Below, piece after piece: positions 15,358 through 22,584 of a stretch of DNA of 36,854 bases (position 1 is its first letter; every line of letters begins with the position of its first letter). Both the position numbers and the translations under genes were made by a program. Source of the stretch: Planctomycetota bacterium (GTDB taxonomy: Bacteria > Planctomycetota > Brocadiia > SM23-32). The stretch is from the NCBI GenBank assembly GCA_030628375.1, contig DAOVRD010000002.1, positions 1 to 36,854 of the forward strand, read 5' to 3'. The notes under the pieces were generated by a model that ran no database searches, was not told the DNA's origin, and saw only the letters and a list, made by a program, of their open reading frames with translations.

Positions 15358-15386
15358 ATTTCTGATAAGGTGGGTGCTGTACGTCC

Positions 15387-16538
15387 ATGCGCAGTCCGGG
15401 GGGGGGCGCGATGAAGGACATCAGAGAGGTAAACGAGGGGGACTTCGGCGACATCCTCAACTGCATCAATGCAGGCGTATACATCACCGACACCGAGCGC
15501 CGGATTGTCTTCTGGAACAGGGCAGCGGAACTCATAACGGGACATCGTGCGCAGGACGTCCTTGGTCGCCCCTGCTCCGACGACATCCTGAAGCACGTGG
15601 ACAAGGACGGCAGGGAGCTGTGCACCACCGATCTCTGCCCCCTTCACCGCAGCATGATCCTGGCCGCGCCCAGTGAGGCGCCGATCCTCGTCTATGCCAT
15701 CTCTACCAGCGGCAGACGGCTCCCTCTCTCCACCAGCACCGCGCCCGTGTTCGACGAGGCCGGGAACGTCATCGGCGGCGTCGAGGTCTTCAGAGACGAG
15801 CGCGAGAACATCCGGCAGATGGAACTTGCCCGCACCGTCCAGCGGCAGATGCTCACGCAGGCGCTGCCTGAGGACGAGCGCGTTTCCTTTGCGGTGGAGT
15901 ACGCGCCTGCCGAACTGGTGGGCGGAGATTTCTATCACGTCGGCCGGCTTTCGGCGGACGAATTCATCGTATTCCTGGCGGACGCCGCCGGCCACGGGGT
16001 CTCTGCGGCGCTCTACTCCGCTCTCGTCTACAGCCTGATCCTGGAATGCCAGGAATGGCTGGGGGATCCGGCCCGTCTGATGGCGGAACTCAACGCGCGT
16101 GCGTGCAGCCGGGCAGAGGGCCTGGGGTTCTTCACGGCGGTGTGCGCCCGGTTGGACACCGACGGGAGGACCCTCACGTTCACTGCCGCCGGGCATCCGC
16201 CGCTACTCTACCAGCACGCCGGCGGCGAAGTGGAACTGCTGGAGATGTCGCAGCTTCCGGTGGGAGTGCACGCCGAGGCGTCCTACGAGAACCGCACCGT
16301 GAGCCTGACACGCGGCGACCGCCTGCTGGCCTACTCCGACGGCGCCACGGACATCCCTACCGGCGGCCCTCCGGGCGGCGAGGGACGGCTCGGCATCGAA
16401 GGACTGCGCGCACTGGTGGCCCAGCATCCCCCGGCAGAGGGCCATGAGCTGACCGGACTCTACGAGGCATTGATGGAGCGCTGTGTCGCGGTGCAGGCGG
16501 AAGACGATATCACGTTGGTGAGTTGCCTGGTGCTTTGA
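15387..16538 (+). CDS. PAS-domain PP2C/SpoIIE-family serine phosphatase (RsbU-like)
   Basis: 383 aa. PAS core INAGVYITDTERRIVFWNRAAELITGHRAQDVLGRPC. PP2C/SpoIIE motifs GGDFYHV, FLADAAGHGVSAALYSA, LLAYSDG, DDITLV. The ATG at 15411, preceded by a G9 tract, is an alternative start. Confidence 0.9.
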   Translation: MRSPGGGAMKDIREVNEGDFGDILNCINAGVYITDTERRIVFWNRAAELITGHRAQDVLGRPCSDDILKHVDKDGRELCTTDLCPLHRSMILAAPSEAPILVYAISTSGRRLPLSTSTAPVFDEAGNVIGGVEVFRDERENIRQMELARTVQRQMLTQALPEDERVSFAVEYAPAELVGGDFYHVGRLSADEFIVFLADAAGHGVSAALYSALVYSLILECQEWLGDPARLMAELNARACSRAEGLGFFTAVCARLDTDGRTLTFTAAGHPPLLYQHAGGEVELLEMSQLPVGVHAEASYENRTVSLTRGDRLLAYSDGATDIPTGGPPGGEGRLGIEGLRALVAQHPPAEGHELTGLYEALMERCVAVQAEDDITLVSCLVL

Positions 16539-16562
16539 GGAAGCAAATGAGGGGGAGAACTG

Positions 16563-18221
16563 ATGATGCCGATGCGGAGCCTGCGGCGTTTGGCCTGCCT
16601 GCTCCTGGCCGTGCCCATCATAGCGGTGGTGTTGGCCGTCACGGGCTCAGGCGCCGGAGCGGGGGCCGTCCGACCCGCAGCGGTGGCCGGGACCTTTTAC
16701 CCGGGGCGGGCCCGATCGCTGCGCGCGACGGTCGAGGACTTCCTCGCTGAGGCCAGTCCGAAGGTCCCCAACGGATGGCGAGAGGCCGGCCTGCGGGCGC
16801 TGATCGTTCCCCATGCGGGCTACGTCTACAGCGGTCGGACGGCCGCTGTCTCCTACAAGCTACTCGAGGGCATCAAGAAGCCGTCGCGCGTGATACTGCT
16901 GGGCCCCCCCCATCGCGCCCACATTCCCGGAGCGTGCAGCGTGGCCGACTTCTCGCACTACGCGACGCCGCTGGGCCGGGTGGAAGTGGACGCAGAGGCC
17001 CGAAAGAAACTGGTCCGCTCCGAGCCGTTCCGCGCCATGCGGCGGCCACACGAGCACGAACACTGTCTGGAAGTGCAGCTCCCATTCCTCCAGGTGATCT
17101 GGCCCGAGCCGCCGAAGATCGTGCCGATTCTGGTCGGGCAAATCGGCGGCCACGACTACCGGGCCGCGGCGGCCGGCATCGCGCGCATACTCGATGAGGA
17201 CACGCTCATCGTCGTAAGCACTGACTTCACACACTACGGAGCGAGATTCGGCTTCGCCCCCTTTAGAGGGACGCCGTCGGACCAACTGCGCGCAAAGATC
17301 AGGGAACTCGACATGGGCGCCGTCAGGCACATCGAGGCCCTCGATCCCGCCGGGTTCCGCCAGTACCAGGCGCAGACGGGCGCCACGATCTGCGGCCGTG
17401 CGGCCGTGAGCGTCATGCTGGAGCTGTTCTCACAGGCCGGGCAGGCCCGGGCCGAGTTCCTGCAGTGGACCAATTCCGGGGAAGTGACCGGTTCCTACAG
17501 CGATTGCGTCAGCTACGTCGCCCTGGCTGTTTGGGCGCCGTCGGACGCCCTGCCGCAGATCAAGAAGGCGCTGCCGGCCCAGGTGGCACGCGGCCCTCGC
17601 CAGGGGGCCCCTCTCCAGGGGGCGGAAGAACCTGGCGTTGCTCGCGCCCTCACCGACGAGCACAAGCGCATGCTGTTGAAGCTGGCCCGTCAGTCCATAG
17701 AGACGCGACTGGCCGGCAGGGAGGCCGCGGCGGGCGCACCCGCAGTAGGGGCGGACGAAATGCCCGAAGCCCTGCGCGGCAAGCACGGGGCGTTCGTGAC
17801 GCTCAAGAAGAACGGGGAGCTTCGCGGCTGCATCGGACACATCGTGTCCAACCAGCCGCTGTACCTCTGCGTGCGCGAAGTGGCGCGCCTGGCAGCGCTG
17901 TCCGATCCCCGGTTCCCGCCCCTTGAGGAATCCGAGCTGGGCGAGATCACGATCGCCATAAGCGTCATGAGCCCTCCGAAGAAGGTGGAGAGCGTCCAGG
18001 AGATAGAGGTCGGCCGGGACGGCCTGATCATCAGCAAGGGCGGCAGGCGCGGATTGCTGCTGCCGCAGGTGGCCACCGAACGGGGATGGACCAGAGACGA
18101 GTTCCTCGCGCACACGTGCCGCAAGGCCGGCCTGCCCGACGATGCCTGGCAGCAGGAGACAGTGACGATACATCGGTTCGCGGCCACCGTGTTCGGCGAA
18201 GCAGACACGGCGTCGGACTGA
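16563..18221 (+). CDS. Fusion of MEMO1-family (AmmeMemoRadiSam protein B-like) and AMMECR1 (protein A-like) domains with an N-terminal signal/anchor
   Basis: 552 aa. N-terminus MMPMRSLRRLACLLLAVPIIAVVLAVTGSGAGAGA. MEMO hallmarks AGTFYPG and ALIVPHAGYVYSG. AMMECR1 hallmark GAFVTLKKNGELRGCIGH..LSDPRFPPL. GGGGGAG lies 5 nt upstream of the ATG, and the gene starts 24 nt after the phosphatase gene. Confidence 0.9.
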   Translation: MMPMRSLRRLACLLLAVPIIAVVLAVTGSGAGAGAVRPAAVAGTFYPGRARSLRATVEDFLAEASPKVPNGWREAGLRALIVPHAGYVYSGRTAAVSYKLLEGIKKPSRVILLGPPHRAHIPGACSVADFSHYATPLGRVEVDAEARKKLVRSEPFRAMRRPHEHEHCLEVQLPFLQVIWPEPPKIVPILVGQIGGHDYRAAAAGIARILDEDTLIVVSTDFTHYGARFGFAPFRGTPSDQLRAKIRELDMGAVRHIEALDPAGFRQYQAQTGATICGRAAVSVMLELFSQAGQARAEFLQWTNSGEVTGSYSDCVSYVALAVWAPSDALPQIKKALPAQVARGPRQGAPLQGAEEPGVARALTDEHKRMLLKLARQSIETRLAGREAAAGAPAVGADEMPEALRGKHGAFVTLKKNGELRGCIGHIVSNQPLYLCVREVARLAALSDPRFPPLEESELGEITIAISVMSPPKKVESVQEIEVGRDGLIISKGGRRGLLLPQVATERGWTRDEFLAHTCRKAGLPDDAWQQETVTIHRFAATVFGEADTASD

Positions 18222-18264
18222 GAGAGGGGCACAGCGGGGCTTACCTTCGCCGCCTGCCGTGCCT

Positions 18265-18292
18265 TTGAAAGGGCAGACGGGAAGCGTATAAT
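18265..18292 (+). promoter_or_regulatory. Candidate sigma70-type promoter for the ThuA-like gene
   Basis: TTGAAA (18265-18270), 16-nt spacer, TATAAT (18287-18292), about 88 nt upstream of the ATG at 18380. Confidence 0.45.
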
Positions 18293-18379
18293 CAGGCGGT
18301 CGCATCAGCCTGAGGCGCCGGGCGTGCGAGGGCACGACGGCAGGCTCCCTTTAGCAAGAGCTGCACAAGGAGAGGTGCA

Positions 18380-19114
18380 ATGGGTGAAGTGATCCGAGTG
18401 ACGGTGTGGAACGAGGGGCGCCACGAGAAGACGATGGAGGAGTGCAAGGCGGTCTACCCGGACGGCATGCACACGGTGATAGCCGGGTTCCTGTCCGCCG
18501 AGCCGGACATCGAGGCCGGGACGGCGACCCTGGACGAGCCGGACCACGGGCTGACGGACGACGTGCTGGCCGCCACCGACGTGCTCACCTGGTGGGGGCA
18601 CATGGCCCACCATGAGGTGCGGGACGAGATCGTGGACAAGGTGCACGCGCGCATCCTGGACGGCATGGGGCTCCTGTGTTTCCATTCGGCGCATTACTCG
18701 AAGATCTTCAGGAAACTGGTGGGCGCTTCGGCCTCGCTCAGATGGCGCGAAGTGGGGGAGAAAGAGCGGCTCTGGGTCGTGCAGCCCGGCCACCCCATCG
18801 TCCAGGGCGTGGGTGACTACATCGAGCTGCCTCACACGGAGATGTACGGGGAGTTCTTCGACGTGCCGCAGCCCGACAACCTGATCTTCGTCAGTTGGTT
18901 CGCCGGCGGGGAGGTGTTCCGCAGCGGGCTCTGCTACTACCGCGGCCGCGGCAAGGTATTCTACTTCCGCCCCGGGCACGAGACCTTCCCCATCTTCAAA
19001 AACCCTCAGATCCAACGCGTCATTATAAACGCAGTGCGGTGGGCGGCCGCTCCGGGGAGCGAGGCCGCGCTCGGCGCCGGCAACGTGGTGCCGCTGGAAA
19101 AGCTGGAAACCTGA
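18380..19114 (+). CDS. ThuA-domain (trehalose utilisation-like) protein
   Basis: 244 aa. [57 protein letters not shown] matches the typical ThuA family N-terminus. AAGGAGAGG Shine-Dalgarno. Confidence 0.88.
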   Translation: MGEVIRVTVWNEGRHEKTMEECKAVYPDGMHTVIAGFLSAEPDIEAGTATLDEPDHGLTDDVLAATDVLTWWGHMAHHEVRDEIVDKVHARILDGMGLLCFHSAHYSKIFRKLVGASASLRWREVGEKERLWVVQPGHPIVQGVGDYIELPHTEMYGEFFDVPQPDNLIFVSWFAGGEVFRSGLCYYRGRGKVFYFRPGHETFPIFKNPQIQRVIINAVRWAAAPGSEAALGAGNVVPLEKLET

Positions 19115-19231
19115 CGCGACGCCATACAGCCCGATGAGAGCAGCTCGCCGTCCGAGGGGGTCGCGGCCATGTTGAGGCAAGCCGCCGGACGGCCGTGCTC
19201 AGTGATTCCTTATATGTCAGGAGGTTGTGCC

Positions 19232-19969
19232 ATGCGCAACGGCACGGACAGGCGAAGTTTTATGAAGGCTCTGGGTATGGGGACTGCCGCCGCAGCTATG
19301 GGAACGAGAGCGGTTGGCTCCAGCGTCGCAGTCGGCGCAGGCAGACTGAGCGGCGCCACGGACCGAGACGGCAAATACGCGCTGCCCCGGCTGCCGTATG
19401 CGTACGACGCCCTGGAGCCGTTCCTGGCGAGCCAGACCCTGACGCTGCATCACGACAAGCATCATCAGGGCTACGTAAAAGGCCTGAACGCCACGCTGGA
19501 CAAGCTCGCGGCCGCCAGGCAAGCGGGCAATTATAGCACCATCAAACACCTGAGTCGGGACCTGGCCTTCCACGGCTCCGGACACGTGTTGCACGCCATC
19601 TACTGGCGCAGCATGACGCCCGGTGGCAGTCGTCTCAAGGGAGCACTGGCCGACGCAGTCCGACGGGACTTCGGGTCGCAAGAGGCTTTTGTGCAACAGT
19701 TTGCGGCGGCGACGCGGGCTGTGGAGGGCAGCGGATGGGGCGTGGCAGCTTACGAGCCAATGGGCGGCAAAGTGCTCGTGCTCCAGGCTGAGAAGCACCA
19801 GAACCTCACCGTCTGGGGCGTCGTGCCCCTGCTGGTCTGCGACGTCTGGGAGCACGCCTACTACCTGGACTACCAGAACCGTCGCGCCGAGTACGTGGAC
19901 GGTTTCCTCAAAGTCGCCAACTGGAGTTTCGCGAACCAGAGGTACATCGAGGCCACCGCACAGGCCTGA
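19232..19969 (+). CDS. Fe/Mn-family superoxide dismutase with twin-arginine (Tat) signal peptide
   Basis: The track ORF starts at 19169. AGGAGG lies 7 nt upstream of the ATG at 19232. MRNGTDRRSFMKALGMGTAAAAMG is a Tat-type leader. LPYAYDALEPFLASQTLTLHHDKHHQGYV and CDVWEHAYYLDYQNRRAEYV are SOD_Fe N- and C-domain signatures. Confidence 0.92.
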   Translation: MRNGTDRRSFMKALGMGTAAAAMGTRAVGSSVAVGAGRLSGATDRDGKYALPRLPYAYDALEPFLASQTLTLHHDKHHQGYVKGLNATLDKLAAARQAGNYSTIKHLSRDLAFHGSGHVLHAIYWRSMTPGGSRLKGALADAVRRDFGSQEAFVQQFAAATRAVEGSGWGVAAYEPMGGKVLVLQAEKHQNLTVWGVVPLLVCDVWEHAYYLDYQNRRAEYVDGFLKVANWSFANQRYIEATAQA

Positions 19970-19986
19970 ACGGCGTGCGCCAGCCG

Positions 19987-20091
19987 TTGTAGCTCAGGCG
20001 CCCCCGCCTGAGTTCCGGCCATTCCCATCGGCCGCAGCCGGGGGCGGCTGCGCTACATTACGAGCCGAGCCTCCGTCGCTCTTACCGGAGC
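19987..20091 (-). repeat. Repeat family B, copy 2 (inverted relative to copy 1)
   Basis: The reverse complement reads GCTCCGGTAAGAGCGACGGAGGCTCGGCTCGTAATGTAGCGCAGCCGCCCCCGGCTGCGGCCGATGGGAATGGCCGGAACTCAGGCGGGGGCGCCTGAGCTACAA. Only a handful of mismatches to 14354-14459. Confidence 0.85.
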
Positions 20092-20107
20092 TATGGAGCC
20101 CAGGGGG

Positions 20108-20128
20108 GGCTGCGCTACATTACGAGCC
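20108..20128 (-). repeat. Partial extra copy of the repeat B core, overlapping the dnaA stop codon
   Basis: GGCTGCGCTACATTACGAGCC is identical to 20046-20066. The TTA at 20120-20122 is the dnaA TAA stop on the minus strand. Confidence 0.75.
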
Positions 20129-21580
20129 GCCGAGCTTCGTCTGAAGGCGCTGGAGCAGTGCTGCGAGCTGAGGGTCCCGGCTGGATTCCGATGCTATCTT
20201 GTCCACGGCATGCTTGACCGTGCTGTGGGTGAGGCCCCCGAAGAGCCGTCCGATCTCCGTCAGGGACGCGCCCGTCAGCTTCCGGGCCAGATACATGGCT
20301 GTCTGTCGCGCCCGGCACACCGACCGCGACCGGGACCTGCCTGTCAACTGCTCGGCGCGCACGGAGAGGACCTCGGCAACCGCCTCTTTCACCTGCACAA
20401 GCCCCACGGGTCGCTCCATGAGCGGCTGTAGGGCGGCCAGGGCCTCAAGCGCCTGGGGCAGGCGTAGTCGGCCACTCCCCTCCACGCCGGCATACAGCGT
20501 CAGACAGCAGATGGCGGACTCCAGCCTCGTGAAGCTCTGCGCGTAGGTGCGCGCGATGAGCCGGAGCACTTCCTCCGTGGCAGCCAGCCCCCGGCGCCGG
20601 GCCAGCTCTTTGACGATTTCCAGGCTCTCGTCTTCCTGCGGCACCACCAGGACGGCAGGGAACGCACGCTGCAGCAGCGCCCGCAACGCCGGGTGAATGT
20701 CCTGGAGTTCCTCGGGGTGCGGCGTGCCGCTCAGGGCGACGCGTCCCCCCTTGCCCAGTATGTGCTTGACGGTGTGAAGAAGCTCGGTCTGACCTCCCGA
20801 CTTGCCCTCCACGAACTGGACGTCATCCAGCAGCAGCAGGTCGCAGGAACGGTACCGGCTGCGGAAAGCGTGCGTTCTCCGGTTCTGAATGGCGTGGTAG
20901 TATTCGTTGCACCACTGCTCGGCGGAGATATACATCGGTTCGAGACCCCGCTCGGGTCCGCGGGCCAGTGCGAACATGGCACGCAGCAGCGAGGTCTTCC
21001 CAAGTCCGTATTGTCCGCAGACATACAGGAAATGGAAGCGGGGGGTTTCCTGACCGGCCAGTTCCTTGGCAGCGGCAAAAGGGAGCCTGTTGGAGCGCGT
21101 CACGATGAGCCTGTCGAAGCTCCAACCGGGGGGTGGCTGGAGGTGCAGGCCGCGAGGGGCGACCAGCCGTCCGGCGCCGGCCTCGTCCTCCAGCAGCTCC
21201 GCGCGCCTCTGCGCCCTCATCTGCCGGAACAAGCGCGGCGCCACGTCGAAGCCCACTTCCATCGGGCGGCCCAGCAGGTCGCCCACGGCGTCCGCCACTG
21301 CACTTGCGTAACGCATCGTCAGGAACTGCTGAATGATGACGTTCGGCACGCCGACCACCAGGCGTCCGCTGTCGCCACCCATCAGTTCGGTCTGCCGGAA
21401 CCAGATGCTGTAGCGCTCAAGGCCCAGGCGGTCCTTGATGCTCTGCTGAACCGCCTGCCAGAACTCCTCCCGCGTCGCGTACTGCGTGTTGTCGCGCAGG
21501 AACTCGGACAGAGCATCGTCCTGAGTCCCTGTGACCCGTCCGCCTCTCTTGGCGGCCCCTGGTCTCAGTTCAGCGGACAC
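20120..21580 (-). CDS. dnaA: Chromosomal replication initiator protein DnaA
   Basis: Domain I (ERYSIWFRQTEL..LVVGVPNVIIQQFL), AAA+ Walker A CGQYGLGKTSLL, Walker B LLLLDDVQF, C-terminal DNA-binding LARKLTGASLTEIGRLFGGLTHSTVKHAVDKI. The track ORF begins at the ATG at 21724, but those 48 N-terminal residues are Arg/Pro-rich. A GTG at 21580 preceded by GGAGG (4-nt spacer) is my preferred start (487 aa). Confidence 0.93.
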   Translation of the reverse strand: MSAELRPGAAKRGGRVTGTQDDALSEFLRDNTQYATREEFWQAVQQSIKDRLGLERYSIWFRQTELMGGDSGRLVVGVPNVIIQQFLTMRYASAVADAVGDLLGRPMEVGFDVAPRLFRQMRAQRRAELLEDEAGAGRLVAPRGLHLQPPPGWSFDRLIVTRSNRLPFAAAKELAGQETPRFHFLYVCGQYGLGKTSLLRAMFALARGPERGLEPMYISAEQWCNEYYHAIQNRRTHAFRSRYRSCDLLLLDDVQFVEGKSGGQTELLHTVKHILGKGGRVALSGTPHPEELQDIHPALRALLQRAFPAVLVVPQEDESLEIVKELARRRGLAATEEVLRLIARTYAQSFTRLESAICCLTLYAGVEGSGRLRLPQALEALAALQPLMERPVGLVQVKEAVAEVLSVRAEQLTGRSRSRSVCRARQTAMYLARKLTGASLTEIGRLFGGLTHSTVKHAVDKIASESSRDPQLAALLQRLQTKLGGS

Positions 21581-22339
21581 ACAACCTCCCCGCAGCGGCA
21601 AGAAGTCGCTTCCAGAAAGCACACAGATAAGGGAGAGCCTAGGTGAAACTACGGATGGAACGACAAGCCCCGGGACGGACGGACTGCGGGGACGGCACAA
21701 TGACCGGCGGGGCCGTCCGCGCAACGTCCAGCCGTCCGCCCTCAGGCAGGCATGAACTACCGAAGACTGACACCCCCTCCACCGCCTTCTATCTCAGTTC
21801 CTTTCGAACCCAAGCTCGCAACAGATCGCCAATATTAGAACAACGCGAACACTTCTTCAACAGCTTCTCTTTCCCTTTTTTGCACTGCCGTTCGCTCGCG
21901 CATACATAAGTGTCCGGCGCCAAACAGATTCTGTAAAACAAGATTTGCTGTAATGAACGCGCAAGTTTTTTCGCGCCCCTGACCCGTGGGAACCACGGCC
22001 TTTTCCGCGCGCGTTGCGTGCTCGACGTTGAGTGTTGCGCGCCAACCACTTACGCATTCAAAACGCTGCCGTGCACGACGCCGCAAAACGATGAATGCCC
22101 CAGAAGGCCGACAAAGGCATCCTCGGCGCCTTACGAAACACCCCCGGCGTAGTACTACCAATCACCGAAATCGTGTTACCGTTTTAAACGCTCCGACCGG
22201 CCCGCCTCTGCACACTGGCAACCGCCACAGATCGTTCTGCGCGAAGTGTTTAGGCACAGGCCCGGCTCAAACAGGGCGCGCCAGCGAAATGCAGATCCGC
22301 CGAAGAATGCGCGGGCCTGGAAAACCATAGCCGGACGGA
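21581..22339. other. Lower-GC non-coding region upstream of dnaA: candidate oriC / dnaA control region
   Basis: About 760 bp with no credible ORF. Holds the AT-richest patches in the window (21829-21885 CAATATTAGAACAACGCGAACACTTCTTCAACAGCTTCTCTTTCCCTTTTTTGC; 21925-21975). No canonical TTATCCACA box seen. CAGAT-containing motifs recur at about 21633, 21822, 21925, 22228 and 22292. Confidence 0.35.
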
Positions 22340-22378
22340 GGAAAAAAGAAAGGCCGGCCCCTAGCTAGCAAGCCGGCC
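22340..22378 (-). terminator. Rho-independent terminator after tRNA-Ala
   Basis: Minus strand reads GGCCGGCTTGCTAGCTAGGGGCCGGCC followed by TTTCTTTTTTCC, beginning 13 nt after the tRNA CCA end. Confidence 0.65.
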
Positions 22379-22391
22379 AACGCAGGTGGGA

Positions 22392-22467
22392 TGGTGGAGG
22401 ATACGGGGATCGAACCCGTGACCTCGACAATGCCATTGTCGCGCTCTCCCAGCTGAGCTAATCCCCC
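22392..22467 (-). tRNA. tRNA-Ala (anticodon GGC), CCA encoded
   Basis: Minus strand reads GGGGGAU UA GCUC AGCUGGGA GAGC G CGACA AUGGCAU UGUCG AGGUC ACGGG UUCGAUC CCCGU AUCCUCC ACCA (76 nt). It folds by hand into a full cloverleaf. The G3:U70 alanine identity pair is present and the anticodon loop is A-U-GGC-A-U. Confidence 0.93.
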
Positions 22468-22480
22468 AGCGGTCTCCAGC

Positions 22481-22509
22481 AGTATATGGCAGTGCGCGCC
22501 GGCAATCAA
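22481..22509 (-). promoter_or_regulatory. Candidate sigma70-type promoter of tRNA-Ala
   Basis: Minus strand: TTGATT (22509-22504), 17-nt spacer, TATACT (22486-22481), 13 nt upstream of the mature 5' end. Confidence 0.5.
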
Positions 22510-22584
22510 CTCCCAGGAGCCCCCCGACGCCGCCCCGCTCAGACCCGGCCCCCGGCCCTCTCCGCCTCCGGGCTCCAGCATTGC

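Noticed and set aside
14354-20091. The family-B inverted repeats as terminal inverted repeats of a composite transposon
   Set aside because: The enclosed genes are housekeeping-type (tsaC, PP2C, Memo-AMMECR1, ThuA, SOD) with native-looking GC. There is no transposase or integrase. Both copies sit exactly where terminators are expected. Kept only as a possible inversion substrate.
21986-22330. 114-aa ORF (and 21835..22161, 21789..22049 on the minus strand) in the dnaA upstream region
   Set aside because: Extremely Arg/His/Thr-rich, no ribosome site, and located in the lowest-GC non-coding tract. Treated as non-coding (candidate origin or promoter region).
21581-22339. Canonical DnaA boxes (TTATCCACA/TGTGGATAA)
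   Set aside because: I could not find the 9-mer or a one-mismatch version by eye. The closest strings (e.g. TTATCTGTG on the minus strand at about 21632-21640) have three or more mismatches. The oriC call therefore stays low confidence.
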